Source: Vicugna vicugna (lineage: Eukaryota). Taken from it: a stretch of DNA of 64,000 nt. The notes under the pieces were generated by a model. It saw only the letters and a program-made list of their open reading frames with translations, ran no database searches and had not been told where the DNA came from. The position numbers and the translations under genes are program-made. Shown in pieces: positions 1-13,533 of the stretch. Location: positions 158,982 through 222,981 of the forward strand of contig MU057576.1 in the NCBI GenBank assembly GCA_013265495.1, given 5' to 3'. Within the stretch, counting starts at the first letter, position 1; each line of letters starts with the position of its first letter.

Positions 1-246
1 AATTGGTCACCCAAAACCCGAGTTTTTTTGTCCTGTCAATTCCTCATGAATGTATTATTTCTTTGTCTAAAAGTATAAAAGCCACCTGCTTTGGCCACAT
101 CTTGCCCATGATTTCTATGAGACCTCTATGCATATGAATTCAAATTTGTTTATTTTTCTCCTGTTAATCCATCTTGTGTTCATTTTATTGGTAGTCCAGC
201 CACAGGGACTCAAGAGGGGCACGGGGGCAACTGCCCCTACCCCACA
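1..246 (+). mobile_element. 3' part of an ERV1-type solo LTR (MER34-like)
   Basis: TATA-like tataaaa, LTR-like U5 composition, terminal CA. Confidence 0.5.
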
Positions 247-518
247 CCACTCAGCCCCACGGAGGGAGCGGGGCTGCCCAGCCAGGAGCCTGCACATGCT
301 GGCACCAGACTGCCGGGGTTCTGACCCTACCTCTGCGCTTCCTAAATGAGCAATCTTGGACAAGTTATTGACCCTCTGTGCCTGCATTTCCTCGCTATAA
401 AATGGAAATTTATATTTCAAAAACTATTTTATTACGTACCTTTGCATTAACGTGTATGAAGCACTTACACAATGCTTGACGACCCTCACACGTGCCATGA
501 TCGCTATTATGCCAGAGG

Positions 519-962
519 TCGACTGGAAACATGCACAACCTAAAAGGTGAAAATTGTATTTTGTTCATCAGACTTCTGAGGACTCAAGCTTGAGAGGCAG
601 CCTCTCAGCTCTGCGGGACTGCGCCAAAGACGGAAGAGGGGGGCCAGGGTACACAGGGGGTTTTGGCAACAAAAACCAGGTAGTCAGAACATCAAAAGAT
701 TAGTGTTAATTACCGAAAACCAGATACATCAAAGTAAGGAATTTAGCGCTTTTCTATTTAAGGGAAGATGCAGGAGTCTGGGCTCATTGAAATCATTCCT
801 TTGATGTGCACAGTAACTACCAAGGGTCAGTGTCCTGTTCTTTCCCTCCTCCTGAGCCCCCCCACCCCCACCCAGGGCGCACTCTTGGGGGAGGTTATAG
901 TGGCTGATGGCTTCATGGGTATAATATACTTTGCCTACTGCTATGGCAGGTGACATTCTTAG
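519..962 (-). mobile_element. ERV1 solo LTR (MER41-like)
   Basis: Termini match the reverse complement of the LTR at 1380-1766. Confidence 0.6.
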
Positions 963-1379
963 TCCAAACAGGTAAATCACATTTTTTGTGCAGGTTCCCT
1001 GTAGTTCTCAGCCATCAGCAGAGGTTTGACACCTTCACCTGCTGGCATGAGAGGCTTAGATACCACCCAAGAGGCAGCGGAAGGCAACAGCCCCTCCCTC
1101 CCTCCCGGGTTAACATTCCAAAGATACCTGCAAGGAGGCCCAAGGGCAGCTGTGTGTTGGCCAAGAGAAGGCAGTGCCTCCCACCTGCAGCCAGGCCACC
1201 CCCTTGCCTGCAACTTGCCTACCAGTGCAGCCAGGGCTATACCCAGTGCCGGGACCCGTGAGTGGCTGGCACCACCTGGAGGCCACCTCGGGATCTGCGG
1301 GGATGCCACGTGCACTTGGGACAGTGGTGGGGTACTTTCATTTTATTTTATCCTTTACACATTGATTAAACTGTGAATA

Positions 1380-1766
1380 AAAAATATTGCCTGCCATAGC
1401 AGTAAACAAAGGGCACTGCAGACATCAGCCGTCAGCCACTAACTTCGCCAGCCTGATAATCAGGATGGTTCTCAGGATGGAGATAAGCAGGCCACCTGCT
1501 GCCAAGCCCTCAGCCACTGCAGCCACCGCCAACAGTGCTCCCTGTGGAGACTCAGGATGGGGGATACAGGATACAGGTGCTGGCGCATCTCTTACCTGGT
1601 CTTTGTCCTCAAAACTCCTATATACCCTGGCTCCTCCCCGCCCTCAGAGCCATCTGAGAGGCTGTATCTCAGGCTTAACTCCCCAGAAATGTCCACTAAA
1701 TAAAACATAATTCTAAACTTTTAGGTTGTACAACTTTTAGGTTGCACATTTTTCTTTCAGTTGACA
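1380..1766 (+). mobile_element. ERV1 solo LTR (MER41-like)
   Basis: aataaaacataattc...cttttaggttg...tcagttgaca 3' end. Confidence 0.6.
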
Positions 1767-1915
1767 ACCCACTGCTGTGTGTTAGGCTCTAGTGATATGG
1801 GTAGAAATAAAGACAACTTCTCTTCCCCCATGGTGTTTATAGCGTGATGGAGGACACAGACCCTCAGCAAATGATTCAATGAGCAATACCAACGGCTGGA
1901 AGAGAGATGGATACA

Positions 1916-2021
1916 ATGCTCGCTTCAGCAGCACATATACTAAAATTGGCACGACACAGAGAGATGAACGTGGCCCCTGCACAAGGATTACACACAAATT
2001 CGTGAAGTATTTCGTATCTTT
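1916..2021 (+). pseudogene. RNU6: U6 snRNA retropseudogene (full length, diverged)
   Basis: tgctcgcttcagcagcacatatactaaaattgg...gcccctgcacaaggat...caaattcgtgaag matches U6; no upstream PSE recognised. Confidence 0.93.
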
Positions 2022-2190
2022 ACTATATTCAGTATCTTGTAGTAACTTACAGTGAAAAAGAATAGGAAAATGAATATATGTATGTTCATGTGCGACTGAA
2101 GCGCTGTGCTGTACACCAGAAACTGACACAACATTGTCAGCTGACTAGACTTCAATAAAGATACGTTTTTGGATAAATAATGAAATTAGA
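2022..2190 (+). mobile_element. L1 3' end fused directly to U6 (U6/L1 chimera)
   Basis: Homologous to the L1 3' UTR at 13388-13525; AATAAA 2154-2159. Confidence 0.9.
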
Positions 2191-2384
2191 AAGAAATGAA
2201 AACAAAGGAGGGAATAACTGATGCAGCCATTCCCAAGAAATCCAGTGGTGCGAGGCACAGTCTGAACAATAAAAGAAAGAAAGAAACCAGCCAGCATTCC
2301 TGCTCCTAGGGAGCCCACGGTACAGAGGACACACGAGCAAACGTAGACGGAAGGGACAGAGCTAAGAAGGGCCTGGCCCGGGAC

Positions 2385-2826
2385 TGAGACAGGAGGGAAG
2401 AGGGCAGGGCACGAGCATTGGAGGAATGGCACAACAGTTGAGGACAAGGCAAACTGGTTAGAACCAAGACGGCAGACTTGACTTCCAGTAGACCTTGAGC
2501 CTCATGGAGCACCTTCAGGTATGGGACAGTTCCTGGGCTGATCATAAAGTGTCCAAAAGTGGGCAGGGGTCTGATTCCTAGAAATCCCTGCCCCTTCCTC
2601 AAAGTAGTTGGAATAATCCTCCTACTCATTAGCATATGAAATTGCCAAGCCCATAAAACCTAACAACTCGACCCTTCATGGTCTCTCTCTCTCTCCCCTG
2701 CATTCTGAGACAGCCTGCCCTCTATCTCTGGAGCGTGTATCTCTCTAAATAAACTTGTTTTCACTTTACTATGCCTTGCTCTTGAATTCTTTCCTGCACG
2801 AGGCAAGAACCTACTTTCCAGCAACA
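2385..2826 (+). mobile_element. ERV1 solo LTR
   Basis: TG...CA termini, 4-bp TSD GGAC, AATAAA; related to the LTRs at 19969 and 55604. Confidence 0.85.
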
Positions 2827-3829
2827 GGACCAGAGGTGCCCAGAAGGCGATCAGGGAAACTATCCAGGAAAACTTATTACTTAAATTGAACCTTAAAGAA
2901 TGGGCAGAATTTCACCAGGTTAGGAGGTGGAGAGGAGTATCTTCTGTAAATCTGTGGAAGCAAAAGGAAAGGATGTGGGTTGGAGAGTGGCAAGTGTTTG
3001 TGTCTGAAGAAAAGAAACACAGAAGTGCTGGGACACGGGGCTGGAAAGGGAGGTGGTGCTCCGATTGTGAAGGGCTTGGTCTGACAGCTGAAGAAGTTCG
3101 AATCTGATCCAGAAGGCAGCAGGAAACAGGAGAGGTTCTAAAGCAGAGAGCTGAGCTACAGAAAGTTCACCCCACAATGCAGAAGTGAGGACTGGAGAGA
3201 ATCCTAAAAGCTCAGAATCATATGTGTCAGGGTCATGCAGAGCACTTGACACTCACTTTTATTTTTAATCCTCTAAATGGGTCTATGGGATAAGAACTAT
3301 AATTATTACGTTTTTACCAAGGTGGAGGGAAACAAGCAGCCATCAAATACTCACTAGATTCAAGCTAAGTTCAAAGTCGGTCAGCTGTGGAGCCTGAGTT
3401 CTGCAGGATGAGCAGAGCCAGTGGTGCTGGGGAGGGGGCAGCACTATGGTGGGCGAGGGCTGGCTCTAGAATCAAGACCAGCTTTGTGGGTGGAATCAAC
3501 AACTTTCTGACTGTCAGATCTGCAAGATGAAGACTAGGAAAGAGCTGGCGTTGAGAGTATAATTAAAAGTTCATTTCTGAGATAAATTTTAGACCTGAAA
3601 AACATCCATCATCCAGGACAACCACCTGCTCTACCCATGCTCCTGGCACTTCATCAACCCACGTGCAACTGTACCCAATTGTCTGCCATCCCCCCACTAG
3701 GAAGGATGAGGCCACAGTTTCCAAGTGCAGACCTCCACTGGCTTCCACCCTTGTGCCTGCTCTTAGCCACCATTTCATCCATTGGCCCACCTCCCACTGC
3801 CTGAATAATTTTTTATCTCCCTTTCTACT

Positions 3830-5030
3830 GAATTTTTCCCCAAAACATATGTCCACTATAATTTCTCCCATCTTAAAAACAAACAAACAAATCTCCTTGA
3901 CCCCAGGTCTCTCCCCACCATCACCATTCTATTACGTCCATCCTCTTTGAAGGAGTTAATTATACTCAGACTCCATTTTCTCTCATATTCTTTCTTAAAG
4001 GCACATCAGTCAATTTCATTTCCACACCACTAAAATTGCCCTTCATGTGGTCCCTTATCACTCACCATTGCAATCTCAAGTCAATTGAGAATTTTTATCT
4101 TAGGTGACCTGTCAGCAGCGCTCAACACACTTGAGTCACTTGACCCTCCAGATGAGCTCAGCTCGGGCTGACACAGGACCTCAGAAGGCACCCTGGGCTG
4201 ATCCATGCATCCTTCACTTAGGGTACCCCCAGCCTCATGCCCTCAATGGGGATGCAGCTACAGAATGGCCATGTGGGCATTAAAGTTACATCAGCACTTC
4301 CATGGAGTCCCTGGGAAGACCATAGGGCTGATAGCCAGTCCTGACAGTGAAATATGTGTGTCATAACACCAAACGCATCATAGTTATCCTGACCATGAAC
4401 CTGTTTAGGGCCCATATGGATGATCCAGGGCACCCAGCTAGCAATTTCCCCTCTCTCTTATCATAATTTATTCTCTCTTTCTCTCTCTACTGGATCATTA
4501 TCATCAGATTAAAAATATCCTGCAATTCTTCCCCTCTTGAAAAATAACCTGTTGGCCCCTATACCCTACTTACACCTCTGTCTCATTTCTGTGCTGCTTT
4601 CCTGTGGAATTCTTCTAAAGACTCAGCTACACTCACTGCCCCTGGCCTCCTTCTCTGCCATCTGGAAAACACCTCACCTTCCCCCAAACTGCTGTGGCCC
4701 ATCCAGGTCAACAGTGACCTCCCTCTGCCAAATGCAATGGTTACCAGTGCAGCTCCTTTCCTGCCTCATTTGCAGACTCTCCACACTGGAAACCCTTAAG
4801 CTTTTAGTCTTTAACATTTTTTTCTTATTTTTACTCATTTTTAAGGTGATCTCACCCAGTTCCATGATTTTAATATGTTTATAAATTTAGGACATCTTAA
4901 TTTTTGTTTCTGGCCTTAACACTCTCCTGAACTTCAGTCCTCCATACTCAACTACTGACTCGCCATCTCCGTCTGGATATCAGATTAGCAGCTCAAACTC
5001 CACGTGCCAAAAACAAGACTTACCTCATTT
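3830..5030 (+). mobile_element. L2 fragments (continue at 6360-6547, 13534-13785 and 15840-16275)
   Basis: Pieces colinear with the L2 3' consensus; ends in gaatgagtgagtgag at ~16275. Confidence 0.65.
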
Positions 5031-5089
5031 CTTTCCTTTCTCCCTCCCACTTCCTCTCTACCTTCCTCTTTTTCTTTCTCTCTCTCTCT

Positions 5090-6355
5090 CTTTTTTTTTT
5101 GGCTTATAATAATGGGGAATTTCAAGCATCCACAAATGTAGATGGATAGACTAGTATAATGAATCCCCATGTACCCATCATAGAGGTTCAACGATTACTA
5201 ACTCATGATCAATTCTGTCTCTCTTCCGCCCAGCCCTGTACTATTTTGAAGCCAATTCCAGACTTAGACAGTGTATCATTTCATCTGTGCCTATCTAAAA
5301 GATGAAGCCTCATTTTAAAATATGGCCATCATATCATTATTATACTCATATAAAATAACAATTTCTTAGTATCACCTTAAAGCCAGTCAGTGTTGGAATT
5401 TCCAGTTGTCTCATAATTTTTTGTAAGCTTGTTTGTTTGGATCAGGATCCAAAGAAAGAGCTACACAATGTGATGGGTTGATATACATTTTAAATCTTTG
5501 TTTGGATCAGGATCCAAAGAAAGAGCTACACAATGTGATGGGTTGATATACATTTTAAATCTCTTTTAATCTATGAGTTCTTCTTCCCTGTCTCTTTTTT
5601 CTTTCTATTTACTTGTTGAAGCAAGGCCATTTGTTCCAAAGAGTTTGCCTCATTTTGGATTTTGCTGAATGCACCCCATGGTGTAGATTAACACGTCCCA
5701 CACTTCTCTGTATTGCCTACAAATTGGTATTTGGAATCTAGAGATGGTGGGAGCAGCCTTCCACTGGGAAGCACACAATGTCTGCTTTTCGCTCTTTTTG
5801 TCATATTCAGAGCAGTTTATGCTCACTGCCTGGGCCTAATATCCCATTAAGATTGTCTCATGGTGACATTCAAATTCTATAATTCTTCTTTATTCATTAG
5901 CTGGGATACTTTGGTAAAAAGACAGGTCCCCTCATCTACTCTATGGGTACCCTGGGGTACAGTTTATATAGGAAAAGCAGGATAAATACTTGATTCTTTC
6001 CCTTTATTAACCACTTTTCAGAATACTGAGATGGTTCTCTATCATTCTCCAACAGAGGCAGATTAAGAGAACATTGTAGTATCACTAACATCTTTGCCAC
6101 AAACATCTTTGATGATACTTAAGTCCACTGCAGTTGCATCCTAACTGATGCTCACATTATCCCATCTTTAGCAAGTGACTGAGTCCTTCTGCCAGGATCC
6201 TGTCTCCGACAACTTCCTTGCTACCTGATGTTTCGAGATGCTCCAGGATCATTTGTATTTCCTGTCCCACACCTGGGATCAGCAAACCTGGGAAATAATA
6301 TTTGGAGACCATAATTTGAGAGCTAGGGTGATTGTTTCTCTTGTATTGGTTCAAA
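5090..6355 (-). mobile_element. Ancient L1M (L1MC/MB-like) 3' fragment interrupting the L2
   Basis: T-rich left end and L1M 3' UTR-like motifs. Confidence 0.55.
5432..5561. repeat. Perfect 65-bp tandem duplication
   Basis: 5432-5496 is identical to 5497-5561. Confidence 0.9.
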
Positions 6356-6547
6356 ATAGATCCCTTGATGCTCTCCTCAAAACTCTGCCCCTCTCCCAGC
6401 TTGCTGCAATCTCAGCGGATGACAACTTTATTCTTCCTGTTACTCAGGTCAAAAACCCTGGGGTCAGCTTTGATCCTCTCTTTCCTTCACATTTCCCATC
6501 CATGCTGTTAGCAAGTCTACTGACTTTATCTTCAAAACCCATCCAGA

Positions 6548-9500
6548 GGGAAGATTGCCGAGATGGCGGAGTAGGCGGTCGTGGTGCTCACCCTCTTCCA
6601 CAAATACAACAAAGACTACATCTACCTACAGAACAGTGTGCACAAAATGCCTACTGAACATTGGTAGAATATCTCTTGCTGCTGGAACTACAAGGAAATA
6701 ACTCACAGAACTGGGTTTTAAAAAAAGGAAGAAGGTAAAGGAAAGCAGACAAGGACCTGCCCCCCGGGGAGGGAGCAGCAAAGGAGAAGAAGCGCCCTTA
6801 CCCTGGGAAGCCCCCTCTCCAGTGGGGAGGTCAGCAGGGACAGAAAGGGAGCTCCAGAGGCTTAGAGGAGAAGATAGCAGCCACTTGGCAGACAGAACTG
6901 AGAGAAACCAGCACAGAGGGGCCCTGTGGTCCCTAGCCCAAAATGTGAGCCAGCAGGTGCAGGCCGAGACTGCGGGCTGGAGCTATGGCTTCCTGGAAAA
7001 GCCAGGGGTGAGGACTGTGGCTGACCACACAGAGGCAGCCTCAGGGGCTGGAGTGTGGTGTGGGCTGTGGCTGGGAGTGTGTGCAGACAGCCTGCATTTC
7101 CCCCCGCCCATAGAGAGCAACACTGCTAGTAGGCATGCGGGGAGGGGTGTAATGCAGTCCAGCCATAACAGCCCTAACCACTAGCCGAGAGGGCATTGCT
7201 CAGCACCATTGTTGGCACTGAGCTCTCTCGAGTAGTGGGGGCAGTTCAGATGGAGCAGTCTTCTTGGCTTGCTCTAGAGAGACACAATCAATGGTGCGCA
7301 GCTCCCAGGCAGAGGCAGGGCTGAATCTGAATTCATTCCCAGTGGTCCCATGACTTCCCAGGTGAACTGAGATTTGAATTGAGCCCCAGGCAGCAGTGGT
7401 GGATTTGCTCCACTGGTGCCTTTGTAGACCTGCGCCTTTGAGAAAACCGAGCAGAGTTCTGACACATAGCAGGAGCAGCTCTGGCATTAACAGTGGGCCT
7501 GTGAATGCAGACAAGGAGCTGGAGGCTGGGCTGACCCTGTGGGTCACAGTGGATCCAGGTGTGGGACTACACGTGCACTACAGTGGGTCCCTGTGTCTGA
7601 CATCAGCAAATCTGTACTGGTGGCACTGTGGGCACAGAATCTGACACTTCTGTGACTGAAGTGGGGACAAGTGTGGTGACAGCAAAATGCATCTTGTAAA
7701 GCTGAACAATAAAGGCTGTTTCTGGTGGACGTCTCCTGCTGAGGAACACTCAGAGCTCCTCTTCCAGCGGAAGTGCTCCAGTCTGACCTGCCATACACCG
7801 CAGCTCAGGAAACAGGTCTGGAAGCCTCCTAACAACAGGGAAGCAGACCCAGCCCCTGTCAGGGCTGTGACAACCACAGAACAAAGAGGAGATCCCACTT
7901 ACCACCCAGGGCAGGCTCTGGTCACCGCAACACCAGCCACACTCCCAATCAACAGCCAGCGTACATGGAGGGAAGACATGGCGATTATCCACACTAAAAA
8001 CAGCTCTTGTGACAAAAATACTAGATGTGCACAGTCTACACAGGGATCTCCCACATTTAAAACAAAATGAAACAAAATCACCCTTTAAGGCCATGGTAGA
8101 TAACTGTTATTTCTAAATTCACAGAGTCAGAGAAATGTAAGTAAAATGAAGAAGCACAGGAACCTCCCCTAATTAAAAAACAAGAGAAGTTCCCTGAAAG
8201 AACAATGAAACAAACCTTCACAGTCTACTAGATCCTGAGTTTAGAAAGGAGGTGATAAAAGCACTGAAGGAAATAACAGAGGTTATCAACTGAAATGCAA
8301 ATACTGTAAAAGAAGGAAATTGAAATTACACAGAGGAGCCAGTTAAAATCAGAAAGCCCAGCTGCTGAGATAAAAGCCAAGCTAAAGACAATCAATAGCA
8401 GACTAAATAATGCAGGAGAACAAATGAGTGATTTAGAAGACAGGATAATAGAAATCATCCAATCAGAACAGCAGACAGAAAAGCAAGTAAAAACAAATGA
8501 AAGCAATAAAAGGGACCTATGGGATAATAAAAAGCATGCCAACCTACATATAATAGTGGTCCCAGAAGGGGAAGAAAGAGAAAAGGGGATTGAAAAGGTA
8601 TCTGAAGAAATCATGACTGAAAACTTCCCAAACCTAAAGAAGGAAACAGATATCCAAGTACAGGAAGCACAGAGTGTCCAAAAAAGATGAACCTAAACAG
8701 ACCAACACCAAGACATATTATAATTAAGATGGCCAAAGTTGAAGAAAATATTCAAAAGCAGCAAGAGAAAAGCAGAGAGTCAATTACAAGGGAGCCCTCA
8801 TAAGGCTCTCAGCTGATTTCTCTATGGAAGCATTTCCGGCCAGAAGGGAGAGGCAAGATATATTCTAAGTGCTGAAAAAGAAGATGCAGCCTAGGATACT
8901 CTACCCAAGAATATCCTTTAGAATAGAAGGAGGGATAAAGAATTTCACAGACAAGCAAAAACCAAAAGAATACAACAATACTAAACCTATCCTAAAACAA
9001 ATATTAAAAAGTCTTCTCTAAACAGAAAACAAGCAGAAATCTATAGAAAAGAGACAATCACAATTGGAAATGCAGTAACTACAATGAATAGCAAGAGAAT
9101 AAACATCAAGATGTAAAAAAGAGCATCAGATCACTAAATGTGGGAGAGGAGAGCAAGAAAATGTAGATTTTTAAATTCTTTTTAAGGTGTGTTTGAGCCT
9201 ATATGACTACAAATATAAAGGAAATAGATGTAGTGATGAGTTAACATAATTGAAAAACAGGATAACCACAAATCAAAAGCATGCAATACAGCCACAGAAA
9301 AGCACAACAAAAAGAAATCAAGCTAATACAAAAGAAAATTATCAAACCACAAAAGGAAAAACAAAAAGAAAGGAACAAAGAAGAAATGCATAATCAACTG
9401 GAAAAGAAAGTTTAAAATGGCAATAAACACACATCTGTCAATAGTTACCATAAATGTCAATGGACCAAATGAAAAAAACAAAAGACACTTAGTGGGAGAT

Positions 9501-12500
9501 TGGATAAGAAAACAAGAGCCAATGATATGCTACCTACAAGAGACCCACTTTAGTGTGAAGGACACAAATTGACTGAAAGTGAGAGAATGGAAAAAGATAT
9601 TTCATGCAAATCTATAAGACAAGAAAGTGGGGGTAGCAATACTCAGATCAGACAAAATAAAACAAAGGCCATGAAGAAAGATAAAGTACACTATATAATG
9701 ATAAAAGGAGCAATACACAAAGAGGTTATTACACTTGTTAATGTATATCTGCCCAATATAGGAGGACCTAAATATATAAAACAAATACTAACAGACATAA
9801 AGTGAGAAACTGATGGGAATACAATAACAGTAGGAGACTTTAACACCCCACCAACATCCCTGGACAGATCTTCCAGACAGATTTTCAATAAGGCAATGGA
9901 GATAATAAATGACACAATAGAACAGTTAGACTTAATTGATATTTTCAGGCATTATATCCCCCCCCTAAAAATGTACATTCTTTTCAAGTGCACATAGAAC
10001 ATAGTCTGGGATAGAACACATACTCAGACACNNNNNNNNNNNNNNNNNNNNNNNNNNNNNNNNNNNNNNNNNNNNNNNNNNNNNNNNNNNNNNNNNNNNN
10101 NNNNNNNNNNNNNNNNNNNNNNNNNNNNNNNNNNNNNNNNNNNNNNNNNNNNNNNNNNNNNNNNNNNNNNNNNNNNNNNNNNNNNNNNNNNNNNNNNNNN
10201 NNNNNNNTCAAAGAATAAAAAATACCTCGAGACAAACTATAATGAAAACACAACCACACAAAATCTATGGGGTGCAGCAAAAGCTACCCTAAGAAGGAAG
10301 GTCATCGTGATAAAGGCCTTCCTCACAAAACAAGAACAATCTCAAACAATCTAACCTACCACCTAAAAGAATTAGAAAAAGAAGGACAAACAAAAGCCAA
10401 AGTCAGTAGAAGGAAAGAAATAGTAAAGATCAAGGAGGAAATAAATAAAATAGAAATTAAAAAATAGAAAAAAATCAATCAAACCAAGAGTTGGGTTTTT
10501 TTGAAAGAGGAACAAAATTGACAAACCTCTGGCCAGTCTCACGAAGAAGAGAGAGAGGATACAAATAAACAAAATAAGAAAGGAAAATGGAGAAATTACA
10601 ACCAATAACACAGAAATACAAAAAAACCATAAAAGAATATTATGAATAATATGGAAACAAATTGGACAACCTAGGAGAAATGGACACATTTCTAGAAATA
10701 TACAGTCCACAAAGACTGAGTCAAGAAGAAATAGACCACTTGAACAGACTGAGCACTAGAAGTGAAATAGAACCAGCAATAAAAACCTCCATGCAAACAA
10801 AAGTCCAAGACCAGACGGCTTCACTGGGGAATTTTACCAAACATACGAAGAACTCCTACTGATCTTTCTCAAACTCTTCCGAAAGATTAAAGAGGAAGGG
10901 ATACTGCCAAACTCATTCTAGGAAACCACCATCACCCTGGTACCAAAACCAGACAAAGACATTACCAAAAAAGAAAATTACAGGTCAGTATCGTTGATGA
11001 ACATAGAAGCAAAAATCCTCAAGGAAATATTAGCAAACAGAATCCAATGGCACATAAAAAAGATCATACACCATAATCAACTTGCATTCATCCCAGGGAC
11101 ACAAGGATGGTTCAACTTAGGCAAATCAATAAATGTGATACACCACATCCACAAAAGAAAGGACAAAAGTCACATGATCATCTCAATAGATGCATAATAA
11201 GCATTTGATAAAATTCAACACCTATTTATGATAAAAGCTCTTACCAAAGTGGGTATAGAAGGAACATAGCTCAACAAAATAAAAGCTATTTATGACAAAT
11301 CCAGAGCCACCATAATACTCAACAGTGAAAACCTGAAAGCCTTCCCATAAAATCTAGAACAAGACAAGGAGGCCCACTCTCACCACTTCTAGTCAACATA
11401 GCCTTGGAAGTCCTATCCATAGCAATCAGGCAAGAAAAAGAAACAAAAAGAATCCAAATTGGAAGAGAAGAGGTAAAATTGTCACTATATACAGATGCCA
11501 TGATACTATATATAGAAAACCCCAAAGGCTCCACACAAAAACTACTAGAGCAATAAAGGAATTCAGCAAGGTAGCAGGATACAGGATTAACACACAGAAA
11601 TCAATTGCATTTTTTTACACTAACAATGAAATACCAGAAAAGGAAAATTTAAAAATAATTTCTTTTAAAATTGTATCAAAAAATAAAATAAAATATTTAG
11701 GAATAAACCTGACCAAGGAGGTGAAAGAATTATATGCAGAAAACTATAAAACATTGATTAAGGAAATTAAAGATGGTTTAAAGAAATGGAAAGATATCCC
11801 ATGCTCTTGGATTGGAAGGTTTAAATTGTTTAAATGGCCATTCTGCCTAAAGCAATCCACAGATTTAATGCGATCCTTATCAAATTACCCAGGACATTTT
11901 TCACAGAACTAGAACAAATGCTCCTAAAATTTATATGGAATCACAAAAGACACAGAATTGCCAAAACAATATTGAAGAAAAAGAACAAAGCTGGAGGAAT
12001 AACTCTTCCAGACTTCAGACAATACCGCAGAGCTACAGTAATCAAAACAGCATGGTAGCGGTACAAAAACAGACATACGGATTAATGGAACAGAACAGAG
12101 AGCCCAGAAATAAACCCACACACCTATAGTCAATTAATCTTTGAGAAAGGAGGCAAGAATATACAATGGAGAAGAGACATTCTCTTCAGCAACTGCTGTT
12201 GGGAAAACTGGACAGACGCATATAAATAAATGAAGTTAGAACACTCCCTCACACCATACACAAAAATAAACTCAAAATGGCTTAGAAACTTAAACATAAA
12301 ACAAAACACTATAAACCTCCTAGAAGAAGACATAGGCAAAACATTCTCTGACATAAATCTTAGCAATGTTCTCCTAGGGCAGTCTACCCAGGCAATAGAA
12401 ATAAAAGCACAAATAAACAAATGGGACCTAATTAAATTTATAAGCTTTTGTACAGCAAATGAAACTATAAACAAAACAGAAGGACATCTTACAGAATGGG

Positions 12501-13533
12501 AAAAAATATTTGCAAATAATGCAGTTAACAAGTGCTTAACCTCCAGAATATACAAACAGCTCGTGCAACTTTATAACAAAAAAGCAACCCAATCCAAAAA
12601 TGGGCAAAATACCTAAACAAGCGATTCTCCAATGATGACAAACAATGGCCAATAAGCACACGAAAAAATGCTCAATATCCTTAATTATCAGAGAAATGCA
12701 AATCAAAACTACAGTGAGATATCATCTCACACCAGTGAGAATGACCATCATTCAAAAGTCCATATAAATGCTGGAGAGTGTGTGGAGAAAAGGGAACCTT
12801 CCTACACTGTTGGTGAGAATGTAGTTTGGTGCAGTCATTATGGAAAACAGTATGAAGATTCCTCAGGAAACTAAAAATAGATTTACCATGTGATACAACA
12901 GTCCCACTCCTGGGCATATATCAGGAAGGAACTCTAACTTAAAAGATACATGCCTCCCAATGTTCATAGCAGCACTATATACAATAACCAAGACATGAAA
13001 ATAACCTAAATGTCCATCAACAGATGATTGAATAAGGAAGTTGTGATATATTTATACAATGGAATATTACTCAGCCATGAAAAAGAATAAAATATGGCCA
13101 TTTGCAGCAACATGAATGGACCTGCAGATGGTCATTATAAGTGAAGTAAGCCAGAAAGGAAAAGATATATATATGTGTATATATGATATAACTCATACGT
13201 GGAACCAAAAAAAACAGACATGAACTTATTTACAAATAGAAGCAGACTCACAGACATAGAAAATAAACTTATGGCTACCAGTGGGGGAAGGGAGCAGGAA
13301 GGGATTAAATTGGGAGTTCAAGATTTGCAGATACTAACTACTATATATAAAATAGATAAACAAGTTTATACTGTGTAGCACAGGGAACTATGCTCAGTAT
13401 CTTATAGCAACCTTTAATGAAAAAGAATAAGAAAAAGAGTATATGCACGTACATGTATGACTGAAACATTATGCTGTACACCAGAAATTGACACAACATT
13501 GTAAACTGACTATACGACAATTAAAAAAAAAAA
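6548..13533 (+). mobile_element. Near-full-length decayed L1: 5' UTR ~6548-8145, ORF1 from ATG 8146, ORF2 from ATG 9417, 3' UTR and poly(A)
   Basis: ORF1p/ORF2p peptide fragments ([37 protein letters not shown]); many stops and frameshifts; both flanks end in catccaga (degenerate TSD); inserted in an L2. Confidence 0.95.
10032..10207. other. Assembly gap (176 N)
   Basis: N run within L1 ORF2. Confidence 1.

Noticed and set aside
519..1766. Interferon-inducible STAT1 (GAS) sites in the MER41-like LTRs
   Set aside because: No intact TTCnnnGAA seen; only a near match, ttctcagga
8146..13150. L1 ORF1/ORF2 fragments as functional genes
   Set aside because: Multiple stops and frameshifts; the element is dead
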